Position numbers and translations under genes: made by a program
Notes under the pieces: generated by a model
Database searches by the model: none
What the model saw: the letters and a program-made list of their open reading frames with translations, nothing else
What the model was told of the DNA's origin: nothing
Shown: positions 16,038 through 25,811 of the stretch, in pieces
Layout of the letters: each line of letters opens with the position of its first letter
How positions within the stretch are numbered: the first letter of the stretch is position 1
From: Polyangia bacterium
GTDB lineage: Bacteria; Myxococcota_A; Polyangia; Fen-1088
Direction: 5' to 3'
Assembly (NCBI GenBank): GCA_035696125.1
Contig: DASRQZ010000036.1
Location: forward strand, 11,110 to 75,109
Length of the DNA stretch: 64,000 nt

Positions 16038-17413
16038 CAGGCCGCGAGACCGGGCAGCGGCGTCTTGTACGCCGCCGCCAGGTCGGGATCGCCGAAGCCG
16101 CGGTAGTCGGTGATCCCCATCGCGTCGAGCACGCTGAGCAGCACCCGCTCGTGGCGGTTGGGCGCGCCGGTCTTGTCGCCGTTGGTGCTGCCCATCGCCC
16201 GCAGATCGAGATAACGCCCATTGGGATGGGTCTTGAGGTAGCCCGCCCCGCCGGCCAGCACGAAGCGCATCGACCGCTGATTGTGCAAGGTGGCGTCGCC
16301 CATGTCGCGCGCCCAGACCATCAGCGTGTTGTCGTAAAGGCTGGTCGACGGATCGGTGGGCTCGGGGCGAGCCTTGAGCTTGGTGATCAAGCCCGCGAAC
16401 TGCTGCGCCAGAAAAGTCTCGAACCTGGTCAGGTTGGTGAAGTCGGTCTGGCTGCCGTGGATGAAGCTGCTGTGCTGATCGCCCTGCAGGCCCGGGAGAT
16501 CGACCTCGAACTTCTGGTCGGCGCCGAATTGGATGGCCGCAATCCGGGTCACGTCGCAGGCGAAGGCGTTGACGATGATATCCATGTGCACCAGATCGTT
16601 GGCGACGCCGGGGTGGGCGCTGGTCGAGTCGGTCACGCTGCTCAGCTCGCTGCAAGCGCCGGCGACCATGCCGCTGCGGACCAGCTTGTTCTCCAGCTGC
16701 CGGATCGAGTCGAGGTGCAGGTCCAGCTTGCTGCGATCGACCGCGCCGGCGCGCGCGCGCATCGCCTGCGCCTCCTTCCTCACCAGATCGACCACGCTGC
16801 GCCGGCGCCGCAACAAGGTCGCGGGCGCGGTCCCGGTCGGCACCATGGCGCCGAACACGGTGTTGTAAGCCGAGGACGGCGAGGCGATGGGCAGGATGTT
16901 GTTGCCGCGCCAGAACATGGAATTGCCGCCCGGGGCGGTGTCCGATCCAAGCAGCAAGGTGGCGATCGGGCGGTTGATCCCGGCGGCCGCCAGGCCGTCG
17001 GAGGCAAACTGGTCCAGCGACTTGAAGATCTTCGAACCGTAGTAGACGCCGCCCGCCTCCGAGCCCATGCCGGTGATGGCGCCGGGGTCACCGTGACCGT
17101 TGTCGGGGTTCTTGCTGGGCAGCCCCTCGATGAGCACGATGCTGTCCTTGTGGGCCGCCAGCGGCGCGGTCGCGGGCGTGAAGGTGAAGCTGTTCTCGCC
17201 GACGACGTTGGTCGGGCTCCAGAGATCGGGCTTGGTGCCCATGGTGCAGAACAGCAGCAGCCGCTTGACCCGCGGTGGCGCGGCGGCGCGCAGCGGCCGG
17301 CGCTGCAGCAACGACGACACGAACGGCAGCAGGAGCCCGGCCCCGGCGCCGGCGGCGAACTGTCGGCGGGTGATGGTGCGGCTGATCTTTCGGGTGATCT
17401 TGGGCATCGTCAT
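16037..17413 (-). CDS. DUF1552 domain protein with Tat-type signal
   Basis: The twin-arginine leader is ITRRQFAAGAGAGLLLPF. The body is typical of DUF1552 (HGDPGAITGMGS, WARDMGD, NRHERVLLSVLDAMG). There is a 4-nt ATGA overlap with the upstream gene. Confidence 0.9.
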   Translation of the reverse strand: MTMPKITRKISRTITRRQFAAGAGAGLLLPFVSSLLQRRPLRAAAPPRVKRLLLFCTMGTKPDLWSPTNVVGENSFTFTPATAPLAAHKDSIVLIEGLPSKNPDNGHGDPGAITGMGSEAGGVYYGSKIFKSLDQFASDGLAAAGINRPIATLLLGSDTAPGGNSMFWRGNNILPIASPSSAYNTVFGAMVPTGTAPATLLRRRRSVVDLVRKEAQAMRARAGAVDRSKLDLHLDSIRQLENKLVRSGMVAGACSELSSVTDSTSAHPGVANDLVHMDIIVNAFACDVTRIAAIQFGADQKFEVDLPGLQGDQHSSFIHGSQTDFTNLTRFETFLAQQFAGLITKLKARPEPTDPSTSLYDNTLMVWARDMGDATLHNQRSMRFVLAGGAGYLKTHPNGRYLDLRAMGSTNGDKTGAPNRHERVLLSVLDAMGITDYRGFGDPDLAAAYKTPLPGLAA

Positions 17414-19176
17414 GGTCTCGGCTCAGGGGGCTGCACGCGCCGGGTGAAGTGGGGAGCATGGAGGATCGCCTTCAGTGTGCTGCGCAGGCCAAAGCCGACC
17501 GGCGCGGCCTCGTCTCGGATGGCGGCGTAGGTGCAGGCGTCCTCGGACCAAGTCGCGCTGCCGTAGGCGTAGAACGACCAGTAGCGCGCAAGGCAGCTCT
17601 TCACGTCGGCGTTGCCGGCCAGGTAGGTCTCGAGCGCGGCCACGCCGTCGAAGGCAACGTCGCCGTCGGTGGCGTTGGCCTGCACGACGGTGCCGGTGGC
17701 GTCGATGGGGTACGGCCCCTCGCTGTCGCGCCAGCGGCCGAAGGCATCGTAGTGCTCGAAGCCAAAGCCGATCCTGTCCATCATGCGGTGGCAGCTGGCG
17801 CATCCGCCCACCGAGTGCGAGCTCTCGTAGTGCGCGCGGGTGGTGGTGGGGTTGGTCACCGGCTTGAAGGTGGTGTCGAGCACCGCCGGGGGCGGGTCGA
17901 TGTTCTGGCAGAGGAGGCGCGTGCGCACCAGGTGCCCGCGCTGGGTCGGCGACGACAGGTCGGCGCGCGCGTAGCCGGTGAGCAGGCTGGCGTGTGCCAG
18001 GATACCGCCGTCGCGCATGCGGGCGCCTGGGTAGGGCACCCGCACGAACTCGCTGCCGAGCCCGCTGGCATCGAACCCGTAGTAGGTCGCGAGCTCGGCG
18101 TTCAAGAACGAGTGATCGGCGGTCAGCAAGTCGCCGAAGCTGCCGTCGGCGCTGAAGGTGTCGAGAATCAGGCGGCGGGTTTCCTCGCTCATCGCGGCGC
18201 GCAGCGAGCTGGGCAGAACGAACACGGCATCGTCCTTGACCGTCGTGTAGAGCTTCTCCAGTCCCAGCCAGCTGGTCATGAAGTCCATGAGCGCAGGCTG
18301 GCTGCGCGGGTCGGCGAGCAGCCGGTCGGCCTGCCGATCGATCATGTCGCGCATGGCCAGCGTGCCGCCCGCGACGGAGTCGGCGGCCGCCAGCAAGTCG
18401 GCGTCGGGGGCGCGGCCGGTCAAGAGGTACGACAGGCTGGAGGCGACCTCGAACGGCGTGAGATCGACCGGCGCGCCCGCGGCGGCCGGCCCACCCGCGG
18501 CGCCGAGCTCGGAGCGATAGAGGAAGCGCGGCGACTGCAGCATGGCGGCGATCACCAGCGCGACGCCGTCATTGAACACGGGCTCGCTGTCGAACAACGC
18601 CCGGTAGTCGGCGACGACGTCGTCCGCCAGAGTCTGGCGGAACGCGCGCCGGCCGAAGCTGCGGATGAACGACTCGGGACAGCCTGCGTCGCTGCTGGCG
18701 CAGCCAGTGACCTGGGCCAGCTGGCTAGCGACCGCCCAGCCGGCGATCGCCTCGGCGTTGGTCATCAACTGATCGGCGTTGAGACCCTGGACCACCAGCG
18801 CAGTGGCGTCGGTGGAAAAGCCCAGCACCACCGGGTCGTTGAAGACCGGCGCCAGCGGGACCGCGGGATCGCCGAAGAGGTCGACGATCGACGCCACGAA
18901 CTGCGCGGCGCTCAGGCGCCGGATCATCGTCGGGCCGGGGCTCCCGGAGGTGCAGGCCTGCTCGGCGGGTAGCGCCGTCGGCGGCGGCGGTAGATTGATC
19001 ACCCCGCCGCCACCGCCAACCCCCGCGCCATCTCCGACAGGGCCGTTGCCGCCTGGTCCTGGCCCGCCGCTGATCGCTCCGGTGCAGGCCGGCGCGACGG
19101 CCAGCAACGGCAGTGACACAAGAAGCAACCTACGGGCAAACGAGCTAAGCGATGGGCTAGGCGAACACTGAACCAT
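17410..19176 (-). CDS. DUF1592/DUF1588/DUF1585-family protein (partner of DUF1552)
   Basis: The signal has the lipobox-like AVAPAC. The characteristic CASCHRMMDRIGFGFEHYDAFGRWR block lies near the C-terminus. The overall layout matches the planctomycete/myxobacterial PSD family. Confidence 0.9.
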   Translation of the reverse strand: MVQCSPSPSLSSFARRLLLVSLPLLAVAPACTGAISGGPGPGGNGPVGDGAGVGGGGGVINLPPPPTALPAEQACTSGSPGPTMIRRLSAAQFVASIVDLFGDPAVPLAPVFNDPVVLGFSTDATALVVQGLNADQLMTNAEAIAGWAVASQLAQVTGCASSDAGCPESFIRSFGRRAFRQTLADDVVADYRALFDSEPVFNDGVALVIAAMLQSPRFLYRSELGAAGGPAAAGAPVDLTPFEVASSLSYLLTGRAPDADLLAAADSVAGGTLAMRDMIDRQADRLLADPRSQPALMDFMTSWLGLEKLYTTVKDDAVFVLPSSLRAAMSEETRRLILDTFSADGSFGDLLTADHSFLNAELATYYGFDASGLGSEFVRVPYPGARMRDGGILAHASLLTGYARADLSSPTQRGHLVRTRLLCQNIDPPPAVLDTTFKPVTNPTTTRAHYESSHSVGGCASCHRMMDRIGFGFEHYDAFGRWRDSEGPYPIDATGTVVQANATDGDVAFDGVAALETYLAGNADVKSCLARYWSFYAYGSATWSEDACTYAAIRDEAAPVGFGLRSTLKAILHAPHFTRRVQPPEPRP

Positions 19177-19351
19177 GGAGCCTTTCGTGTTGCGGGCCAG
19201 CTCGCGATGACGCTCCGATCGGGAGAGGCGGATCGGGATACGGAAAAGTAAAAGCAGCCACCCCGTTGCGGGACCACCAGCGCCGAGTGACTATTTATAC
19301 TCGACGCGGGCGGCCAGGCGACCAGAAAGCTCGAGCTCTGCCCGGGTCGGT

Positions 19352-20368
19352 TCAGAGCACCCGTCGCGCCTCTAGCCAGCGGCGCGCGCGCCCCACCGAT
19401 CCTCCGCCCAGTGTCATCGTGATCACGGCGGCGATGATCAGCGTCGCGCCGGCCAGCGCGCGCGGGGACAGCCGCTCATCCAGGAGCAGCCAGCCCAGGA
19501 TCACCGCGACCACCGGGTTCACGTAGGCCGTGGTGGAGATCAGTGCCGGCGAGGTGCGCGCCACCAACCAGCCGAAGGCGCTGAAGGCGACCAGGGAACC
19601 GATCAACACCAGGTACGCGAAGGCCAGCACGCTGTGCGCGCTCATGGCCGCCCACGACACGCGCGCCGCTTCGCCACGCGCGAGCGCGACCAGCAGCAGC
19701 GCCGCGCCGCCCGACATCATCATCTGCGCGCTGGCCATGACGCTGTTGGAATGCCGGCGCCCGTAGCGCGCGCGCAGAGTCCCTATCGACCAGCCGAGCG
19801 CCGAGACCAGTATGGCGACGACACCGATGCCCCGCGGCGCCGCGAAAGCACCGCGCTCGGGTAGCACCAGCAGGAGCATGCCCGCGAAGCCGACGGTGAT
19901 GCCGACCAGCACCGCGCGCTGCGGACGCGGCCCGCCCGGTCGCGCCCAGTCGAGCAACGCGGTGTAGATCGGCACCGCCGCCACCAGCAGCGCAGCCAGG
20001 TTCGAGGGAACGGTCTGCTCGGCCCAGGTCACGAGACCATTGCCGACGCCCAGCATCAGCAACCCGGCGATGGCCGCGTGGCGCCACTCGGTGGCCGTGG
20101 GCGCGGCCACCCCGCGCGCGCGCAGCAGCGCGAACAGGATCAGGCCGGCCATCAGATTTCGGCAGCCGGCCATCAGGAAAGGAGGGATAGACTCCACGGC
20201 GATGCGAATCGCGAGATAGGTCGAGCCCCAGATGAGGTAGATCGCGGCGAAGGCCAGCGCGACCAGCAGCCGGTGACGGGCCCGGCGCGATTCGCCCTCC
20301 GGGTCGCCGGCGCTGGTCCGCGCACGCTCTCGCGTTTCAACCTCTCTTCGATCTTCGGACTCGCTCAC
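19352..20368 (-). CDS. EamA-family (DMT) transporter
   Basis: There are ten hydrophobic segments and a duplicated EamA pattern (IWGSTYLAIRIAVE and LVARTSPALISTTAYVNPVVAVILGW). Confidence 0.9.
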   Translation of the reverse strand: MSESEDRREVETRERARTSAGDPEGESRRARHRLLVALAFAAIYLIWGSTYLAIRIAVESIPPFLMAGCRNLMAGLILFALLRARGVAAPTATEWRHAAIAGLLMLGVGNGLVTWAEQTVPSNLAALLVAAVPIYTALLDWARPGGPRPQRAVLVGITVGFAGMLLLVLPERGAFAAPRGIGVVAILVSALGWSIGTLRARYGRRHSNSVMASAQMMMSGGAALLLVALARGEAARVSWAAMSAHSVLAFAYLVLIGSLVAFSAFGWLVARTSPALISTTAYVNPVVAVILGWLLLDERLSPRALAGATLIIAAVITMTLGGGSVGRARRWLEARRVL

Positions 20369-20807
20369 GGGGCCTCTCCTTTGCGGGGGGCCGGCGGGGG
20401 GAGTCCATCACGAACCCACCCGGTCGGCCGGGGGGTTCGTTCCTTGCGTCGGTGCTACCCGAAGTACGAACCCCCGCGTGGCGCAATGAGCTTGCGCGCG
20501 GCCGCCTGCCAGCGCGCACGCCGACGCGCCGCCCGCAAGGCGGGTGCCGAGACGGGGGCGGCGGCGATCGACGCGGGCGCGTGCGGCGTGCGGGGTTTCG
20601 GGTGCATGGAAAGTCGCGCAAACATAGGGCCGCCGCAGGACGGTGTCAAAGGTTTGGCGCGCCCGGTCTTCGGCTGCGTGGACTGGCGCCGACGATGCGC
20701 TGCGGTCAGGCTGTTTTGCGGACGCGACCCGCTTTACAGGCCGATCTCAAACGCGATAAAAACGCGGTTGCTGCGTCGGCTACATCGCCCGCGAGTCGCC
20801 CCGTCAA

Positions 20808-22496
20808 ATGATGAAATATCGGCTCACGGAGAAGATCGGCAGCGGCGGAATGGCGGAGGTTTTCCGGGCGGTCGGCGAGGGCCCCGAAGGCTTCGAGCGT
20901 CCGTTCGTCATCAAGCGCATACACCCGCGCCTGTCGGAGTCGCCGGAGTTCGTGCGCATGTTCGTCGACGAGGCGAAGATCTCCGCGCGGCTGGTGCACC
21001 CCAACATCGTCCAGGTCTTCGACTTCGCGCCCCAGGACGGTGGCTATTACATCGTCATGGAGCCGGTCGAAGGCTTCGACATGGGCTGGCTGCTGCGCGG
21101 CCGCCTGGAGAGCCGACACGAGGTGCCGCCGCCCGCCTTCGTCGCCGAGGTCGGACGCCAGGCCTGTCGCGGGCTCGACTTCGCGCACACGCTGGCCGGT
21201 CCGGACGGCAAGCCGCTGGGCATTGTTCATCGCGACGTCACGCCGCCCAACATCATGGTGACCTGGACCGGCACCGTGAAGGTCGTGGACTTCGGCATCG
21301 CGCGCGCGGTCGAGGCGTTGCGCCGCAGCGTCACCGACGCCGGCATGGTCAAGGGCAAGATGTCGTATATCGCGCCCGAGCTGCTCGATGGCAAGACCGC
21401 GACGGCGCGCTCCGACGTCTTCTCGCTGGGCGTCGTGCTGCACGAGTTGCTGTCGGGCCGACAGCTCTTCGCCGGCTTGCACGACCTCGACACCTTGCGC
21501 CTGGTGCGCGAGATGGAGATCCCGCCGCCCTCGGCGCGCAACCCGGGCGTCAAGCGCACGCTCGACGCGGTGGTGATGCGCGCGCTCGAGCGCGATCCCG
21601 ACAAGCGCTTCACCAGCGCCGGCGAGATGGGCGACGCGCTGGAGACCATCGTGATGCGCGAGCGCTACTCGACGCGCGCGCTGGCCCGCAAGGCGCGCGA
21701 GCTGGCCGACCATCACGTGCCCGGGCAATCCTCGGCGACGGGTCCCATTGTCGAGGAAACCATCGAGGTGGTCGACAGCGGCAGCCTGCTGCTGTCGCAG
21801 TCGGGATCGGTTGCGGTCCCGGCGCCAGTGGCGCGCACCGGATCGACGCCGATCGTCGACGAGGTGGCCAGAAAGCACCGCCCCACCCCGCCGCCCCGCG
21901 TGCCGGCGACGGCCAGCGCGCCGGCCCCGACCGCGGCCGCGGCGCCAGCGCGCGCTCCCCGCTGGGCCTGGATCGCGCTCGGGCTGCCGTCGGCGCTGGC
22001 GGTCGTGCTGTTGCTGCTGCTGGCGCGCCCGCCGATCGCGCCCGCCCTGCCGCCGCCGGCACCCTCGCCCACGGTGCGCGCCATGATCGATTCGGCGCCG
22101 CAAGGGGCGACGGTGGCGGCCGCCAACGCCGCGGCGGCCGGTCTCGCCGCCGGCGCGCTGGGCGAGACACCGCTGATGCTCGAACTGCCGCGCGGGCGCG
22201 CCCCCATCGAGCTGCTGCTCACCAAGACCGGCTACACGCCTCTGGTGTTCAAGGTGCTGCCGCACCAGGACCGGGAGGTGCTGGCGCACCTGGAGCCGCT
22301 GCCGCCATCGCCACCGCCGGTCGCCATCGCACCGGCCGCGTCGCTGCGCCCGGTGCGCTCGCGTCGGTCGCAGATGGGCCTGTCGACGGTGCGCCCGCCC
22401 GGCGCCGTCGTGGCGCCGGCGCGCGCCGGGGCACCGGCGCTGGTACCGGCGGGGGGACGGCCCGCAACCGGAAGCGCCCCGCTGCTGCGCCGGTAG
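20808..22496 (+). CDS. Ser/Thr protein kinase with TM segment and C-terminal PEGA domain
   Basis: The kinase motifs are GSGGMAEVF, FVIKRI, HRDVTPPNIMV, DFGIAR and SYIAPE. The TM helix is WAWIALGLPSALAVVLLLLLA. The PEGA-like module is IDSAPQGATV...TPLMLELPRG...LTKTGYTPLVFKV. Confidence 0.9.
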   Translation: MMKYRLTEKIGSGGMAEVFRAVGEGPEGFERPFVIKRIHPRLSESPEFVRMFVDEAKISARLVHPNIVQVFDFAPQDGGYYIVMEPVEGFDMGWLLRGRLESRHEVPPPAFVAEVGRQACRGLDFAHTLAGPDGKPLGIVHRDVTPPNIMVTWTGTVKVVDFGIARAVEALRRSVTDAGMVKGKMSYIAPELLDGKTATARSDVFSLGVVLHELLSGRQLFAGLHDLDTLRLVREMEIPPPSARNPGVKRTLDAVVMRALERDPDKRFTSAGEMGDALETIVMRERYSTRALARKARELADHHVPGQSSATGPIVEETIEVVDSGSLLLSQSGSVAVPAPVARTGSTPIVDEVARKHRPTPPPRVPATASAPAPTAAAAPARAPRWAWIALGLPSALAVVLLLLLARPPIAPALPPPAPSPTVRAMIDSAPQGATVAAANAAAAGLAAGALGETPLMLELPRGRAPIELLLTKTGYTPLVFKVLPHQDREVLAHLEPLPPSPPPVAIAPAASLRPVRSRRSQMGLSTVRPPGAVVAPARAGAPALVPAGGRPATGSAPLLRR

Positions 22497-22576
22497 CTAG
22501 ATCGGTAGGCGTCAGCGAAGACGGCGCCGGGCTGGCCCGCGAACGGGTTGGCGAGGGCATCGCAACCGCGATCGCC

Positions 22577-23383
22577 TCACGGCAGGCCGGCGGCTTTGCG
22601 GGTCCGGTCCAGCTCGCGGCGGTAGCGGGCCTGGCTCTCCAGCTGGGCCTCACCGCGCAGGCCGTGGCCGCTCAGCAGCTCGGCGATGTCGTGGCCGCCC
22701 AGCATGCGCACCGCCGCCAGGATCTGCGGGCGCTGAGGGGGCGCGGCCCCGGCGTAGAGATCGATGAAGTCGGAGGTCAGACCGCCGCGCTGGCCGTCGT
22801 CGAGCGCGGCGCTGCGATCGGAGAGCGCGAGCGCGATGAAGGAGTCGATGACCACCTCCCTGGCCTTGGGGCGCGATCCCGCGAACATCAGGTCGCGCCC
22901 CTTGCGCAGCAGGTCTCCCTGCCACAGCGCCGAGACTGCGGCGACGATCTCGGGCTGTAGCGGATCCGAGGCAGGCGCCAGCGGCGAGGCATCGACCGCG
23001 GCCAGCAGCGTCGTCAGCCGCGCGCCCGGCTGCGGCAAGGCCGCCATCGCGCCCACCACCACCTGGCGCGCCGCGCGCGCCTGTGGATCGGGCGCCCAGG
23101 CGGCGAACGCGGTGACCAGTAGACCCGGGTTGGCGCGCGCGCGGCGCAACAGATCGGGCAGCTCGCCGAGGTGGGCGCCCGCGCCCGCGACGACGCTCGC
23201 CGGCGCCTCGGCCACGGCGGGTGACGCGCGCGCGCCGGCCCGCGCCGCCCTGCCCTCACGACGAGCGCGCGCGGCCACCACGACCAGCGCCAGCGCGACC
23301 ACCAGCGCCAGCAGGACCGCGGCCCGCCCCGCGGCGACCACCCTCCCGCCTGCTCGACGCCTGGCATTGGCCGGCGCCGGCAT
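22577..23383 (-). CDS. Membrane-anchored hypothetical protein
   Basis: The ATG overlaps the stop of the upstream di-heme gene as TGATG. There is a single TM helix, AAVLLALVVALALVVVAA, then a helical domain. I recognise no family. Confidence 0.6.
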   Translation of the reverse strand: MPAPANARRRAGGRVVAAGRAAVLLALVVALALVVVAARARREGRAARAGARASPAVAEAPASVVAGAGAHLGELPDLLRRARANPGLLVTAFAAWAPDPQARAARQVVVGAMAALPQPGARLTTLLAAVDASPLAPASDPLQPEIVAAVSALWQGDLLRKGRDLMFAGSRPKAREVVIDSFIALALSDRSAALDDGQRGGLTSDFIDLYAGAAPPQRPQILAAVRMLGGHDIAELLSGHGLRGEAQLESQARYRRELDRTRKAAGLP

Positions 23384-24981
23384 CACTCCAGATCGCGGGG
23401 ATTGACGAACAGCGACGTCAGCGCGATGGCGCCGTGCCCGGTCTGCGGGAACCCCCCGGCCATCGGATTGGCGGGCTGCAGGTTCGACGCCGTGTCCTCG
23501 GGCGGAAACAGCTGCAGCGTGTTCAGGAAATCGAGCAGCCACAGACGGGTCTCCGCCGTCAACGCCGCGAACCCATCGCGCGCGATCTGGGCCTCGCCGC
23601 CGTGGCGCAGGATAGCCTGCTCGATGGTGGCACTGCGCCCGTCGTGACCGTAGGGCGCTGTGCTCGCCAGGCCCCACAGCGGCGCGGTCATGAAGGTCCG
23701 GTGCAACGAACCGTCGAAGTTTCGCTCGTGATAGGCCGGGCCCAGGTCGTGTCGCTTGAAATCGGTGAACAGGTTGCGCACCAGGAAGGCATCTCCGGCC
23801 GGCGGCTGCAGCGGCGGCACTCGCGTGGACGGAGCGGGGCTTGCCCCCGCCGCGACCAGCGAGGTCACGGTGGCGAACAGCCCATTGAACGGACCGCCGT
23901 TCACGGGGTCGAACGCCGTGTCCACGTCGACCACGCGCCGATCCCGATCGATGGGCAGGTTGGCCAAGTGGCAGCCCTGGCAGCCAAGCTGCGAGAAAAT
24001 CGCCCGCCCCACCATCACCTCGGGGGTGTCCGCGCGGCCCGTGCCCGGCGAAAAGCTGTTGAGCAAGAAGCTCTCCAGGTAGTCGACGATGGCCAGCGGG
24101 ATCTCGTTGGCCTTGCCGTCACCGTCGCCGTCCTGCGCGGGCGTCGTCACCGGCGGCCCCGCGATCCGATCCGCGCGCCCGTCGAGCAGCATACCCGACG
24201 GCGTGGTCACCCGGCCCCCGCGTGCCGCGATGAAGAGGTCGGCGTCGGGCGCCTCGAGCCCCATCTCGGCCTTGAGCTCACCGACCACCATCTCCCGGAT
24301 CGCGAACGATCCGCCCTGGGCCTGGAACGGGCGCACGCGCAGGTCGGAGTCGACACCCTCCAGCTCAGACACGTCGACGTGGCCGTTGGGAAGCGCGGTG
24401 ATCGCCCCATAGCGGGGACCCTTCGAGCTATCCAGATTCACGGTTTGCGGGGTGTGGGTTCTGCGCGCCAGCGCCAGCGCGTCGGAGCGGATCGCGCGCA
24501 GCTCCGCCGTGATCTCGTCGGCCAATATCTCCTGCAGGCCGAGACCGAACAGGTGGCGCGCGTCGCGGCTGTCGGGACGGGTGAAGGTATTGCCGCCATG
24601 GCCGGGCGACCCGCGCGGGCGGCCGTGACAGCCGGCGCAGGAGTCGGCCAGCCCGGCGCCGATGTCCGGATCGGCGGCGATAGCGCCCTCGCGCCGCTCG
24701 TCCCACAGGCCCTCACGCAGCAGAAACTTGCGCTGGAACACCTGCCGGCCGCGCCGGATCGCTCGAAAGGGATCGCGACCGATGATGAACAGCGACGAGC
24801 CCGGCGTTGACACGTCGCCGCGCCCGGCGCCGATCTCCGCGATGAAGATCTTGTGGATACCTTCGTCGACCGGGTTGGGAGCCTGGAAGATGTCCTTGAG
24901 CTGCGCACGGGTCGGGCTGGCGAGCATCGCCATGGTCGCCGCACCGCACGTCAATCCGATGAAGGATCTGAAGACCCGCAT
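23383..24981 (-). CDS. DUF1111-family di-heme oxidoreductase (cytochrome c peroxidase-like)
   Basis: It has a signal peptide and two CxxCH sites (CAGCHGRP and CQGCHLAN). The family-typical C-terminal block is TAPLWGLASTAPYGHDGRSATIEQAILRHGGEA. Confidence 0.85.
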   Translation of the reverse strand: MRVFRSFIGLTCGAATMAMLASPTRAQLKDIFQAPNPVDEGIHKIFIAEIGAGRGDVSTPGSSLFIIGRDPFRAIRRGRQVFQRKFLLREGLWDERREGAIAADPDIGAGLADSCAGCHGRPRGSPGHGGNTFTRPDSRDARHLFGLGLQEILADEITAELRAIRSDALALARRTHTPQTVNLDSSKGPRYGAITALPNGHVDVSELEGVDSDLRVRPFQAQGGSFAIREMVVGELKAEMGLEAPDADLFIAARGGRVTTPSGMLLDGRADRIAGPPVTTPAQDGDGDGKANEIPLAIVDYLESFLLNSFSPGTGRADTPEVMVGRAIFSQLGCQGCHLANLPIDRDRRVVDVDTAFDPVNGGPFNGLFATVTSLVAAGASPAPSTRVPPLQPPAGDAFLVRNLFTDFKRHDLGPAYHERNFDGSLHRTFMTAPLWGLASTAPYGHDGRSATIEQAILRHGGEAQIARDGFAALTAETRLWLLDFLNTLQLFPPEDTASNLQPANPMAGGFPQTGHGAIALTSLFVNPRDLE

Positions 24982-25234
24982 GACCGCTCCTTTCGACGCC
25001 GATGTCTTCCCCGATGAACCTCCGCCGCGCCTGCTTCTCGACGGTGCGTGCGGACTTTAACCCGATTCACCGACAGCCGAAAGGACGCCGCGCACCCGCG
25101 TGGCTCGCGCACCCTCGCCGGGTCCACGACGCCTGAGCTCTCAGGTCAAATACTCAAGTTTTCAGGGGTGCCACCGAGATGCCTGTCTGGCGCTGCGTCG
25201 TCGCCCGCCCACCACTTCGAAGAGAACCCGTCGT

Positions 25235-25747
25235 ATGCCCAAGTTACCCGACTCGCAAACCCTGGCCGGTCTGGTCTCGAACGTGACCCGCACGATGTGC
25301 GGCGTCAGCTTCGCGCCGGGCGACGCCATGGCACGCGGCGAATCGATCTGCCGGCGCATGGCGATGATCTCGCTGCGGGGCGATCCCAACGTGGTGGTGG
25401 TGGTGGCCTCGGACGCCCGGGGCAGTCGCGCCCTGGGCGCGAAGTTCTTCGGGCGCAAGCTGACCGACATCACCCAGCAGATGGCCGACGACGCCATCGC
25501 CGAGCTCCTCAACATGGTGGCGGCGCAGATCTCCAACGCGCTCGGCTCGACACACCAGCTCGGGCTGCCCTCGCAGACCACGCTACCGGAGATCACGGCC
25601 GGCGGCGGCTTCCGTCTCGACGACGCCGCACTCCTGCACAGCGAGGGCGATATCGACCTTGGCCTGTGGATCCTCGAGAGCCCGGCGGCCGATGCGCGCG
25701 CCCCCGCGCCCCGCGGCCTGCGCTCATTGTTGCATCGGTTCCGCTGA
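25235..25747 (+). CDS. CheX-like protein (tentative)
   Basis: ATG 25235 is in frame with ORF 25100..25747. The size (~170 aa) and the DDAIAELLNMVAAQISNALG segment resemble the CheX helix motif. The family call is weak. Confidence 0.55.
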   Translation: MPKLPDSQTLAGLVSNVTRTMCGVSFAPGDAMARGESICRRMAMISLRGDPNVVVVVASDARGSRALGAKFFGRKLTDITQQMADDAIAELLNMVAAQISNALGSTHQLGLPSQTTLPEITAGGGFRLDDAALLHSEGDIDLGLWILESPAADARAPAPRGLRSLLHRFR

Positions 25748-25807
25748 CAATCAGTTCTCAGTTGTCAGTTTCAGTACTGCCGACTGATGACTGATGACTG
25801 ATGACTC
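25745..25807. repeat. Hairpin element E6, CAGT-TCA / TGA-CTGA heptamer-repeat type
   Basis: gacaatcagttctcagttgtcagtttcagt faces actgccgactgatgactgatgactgatgactc, between convergent genes. Confidence 0.65.
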
Positions 25808-25811
25808 TTCT

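Noticed and set aside
20078-22960. A 960-aa plus-strand ORF spanning the EamA upstream region and the PEGA kinase. Similar long shadows occur at 726..2063, 29046..31646, 9298..10737 and 12889..14313.
   Set aside because: These are Arg-rich, low-complexity translations that overlap genes with clear family motifs in other frames or strands. I treat them as GC-driven frame shadows.
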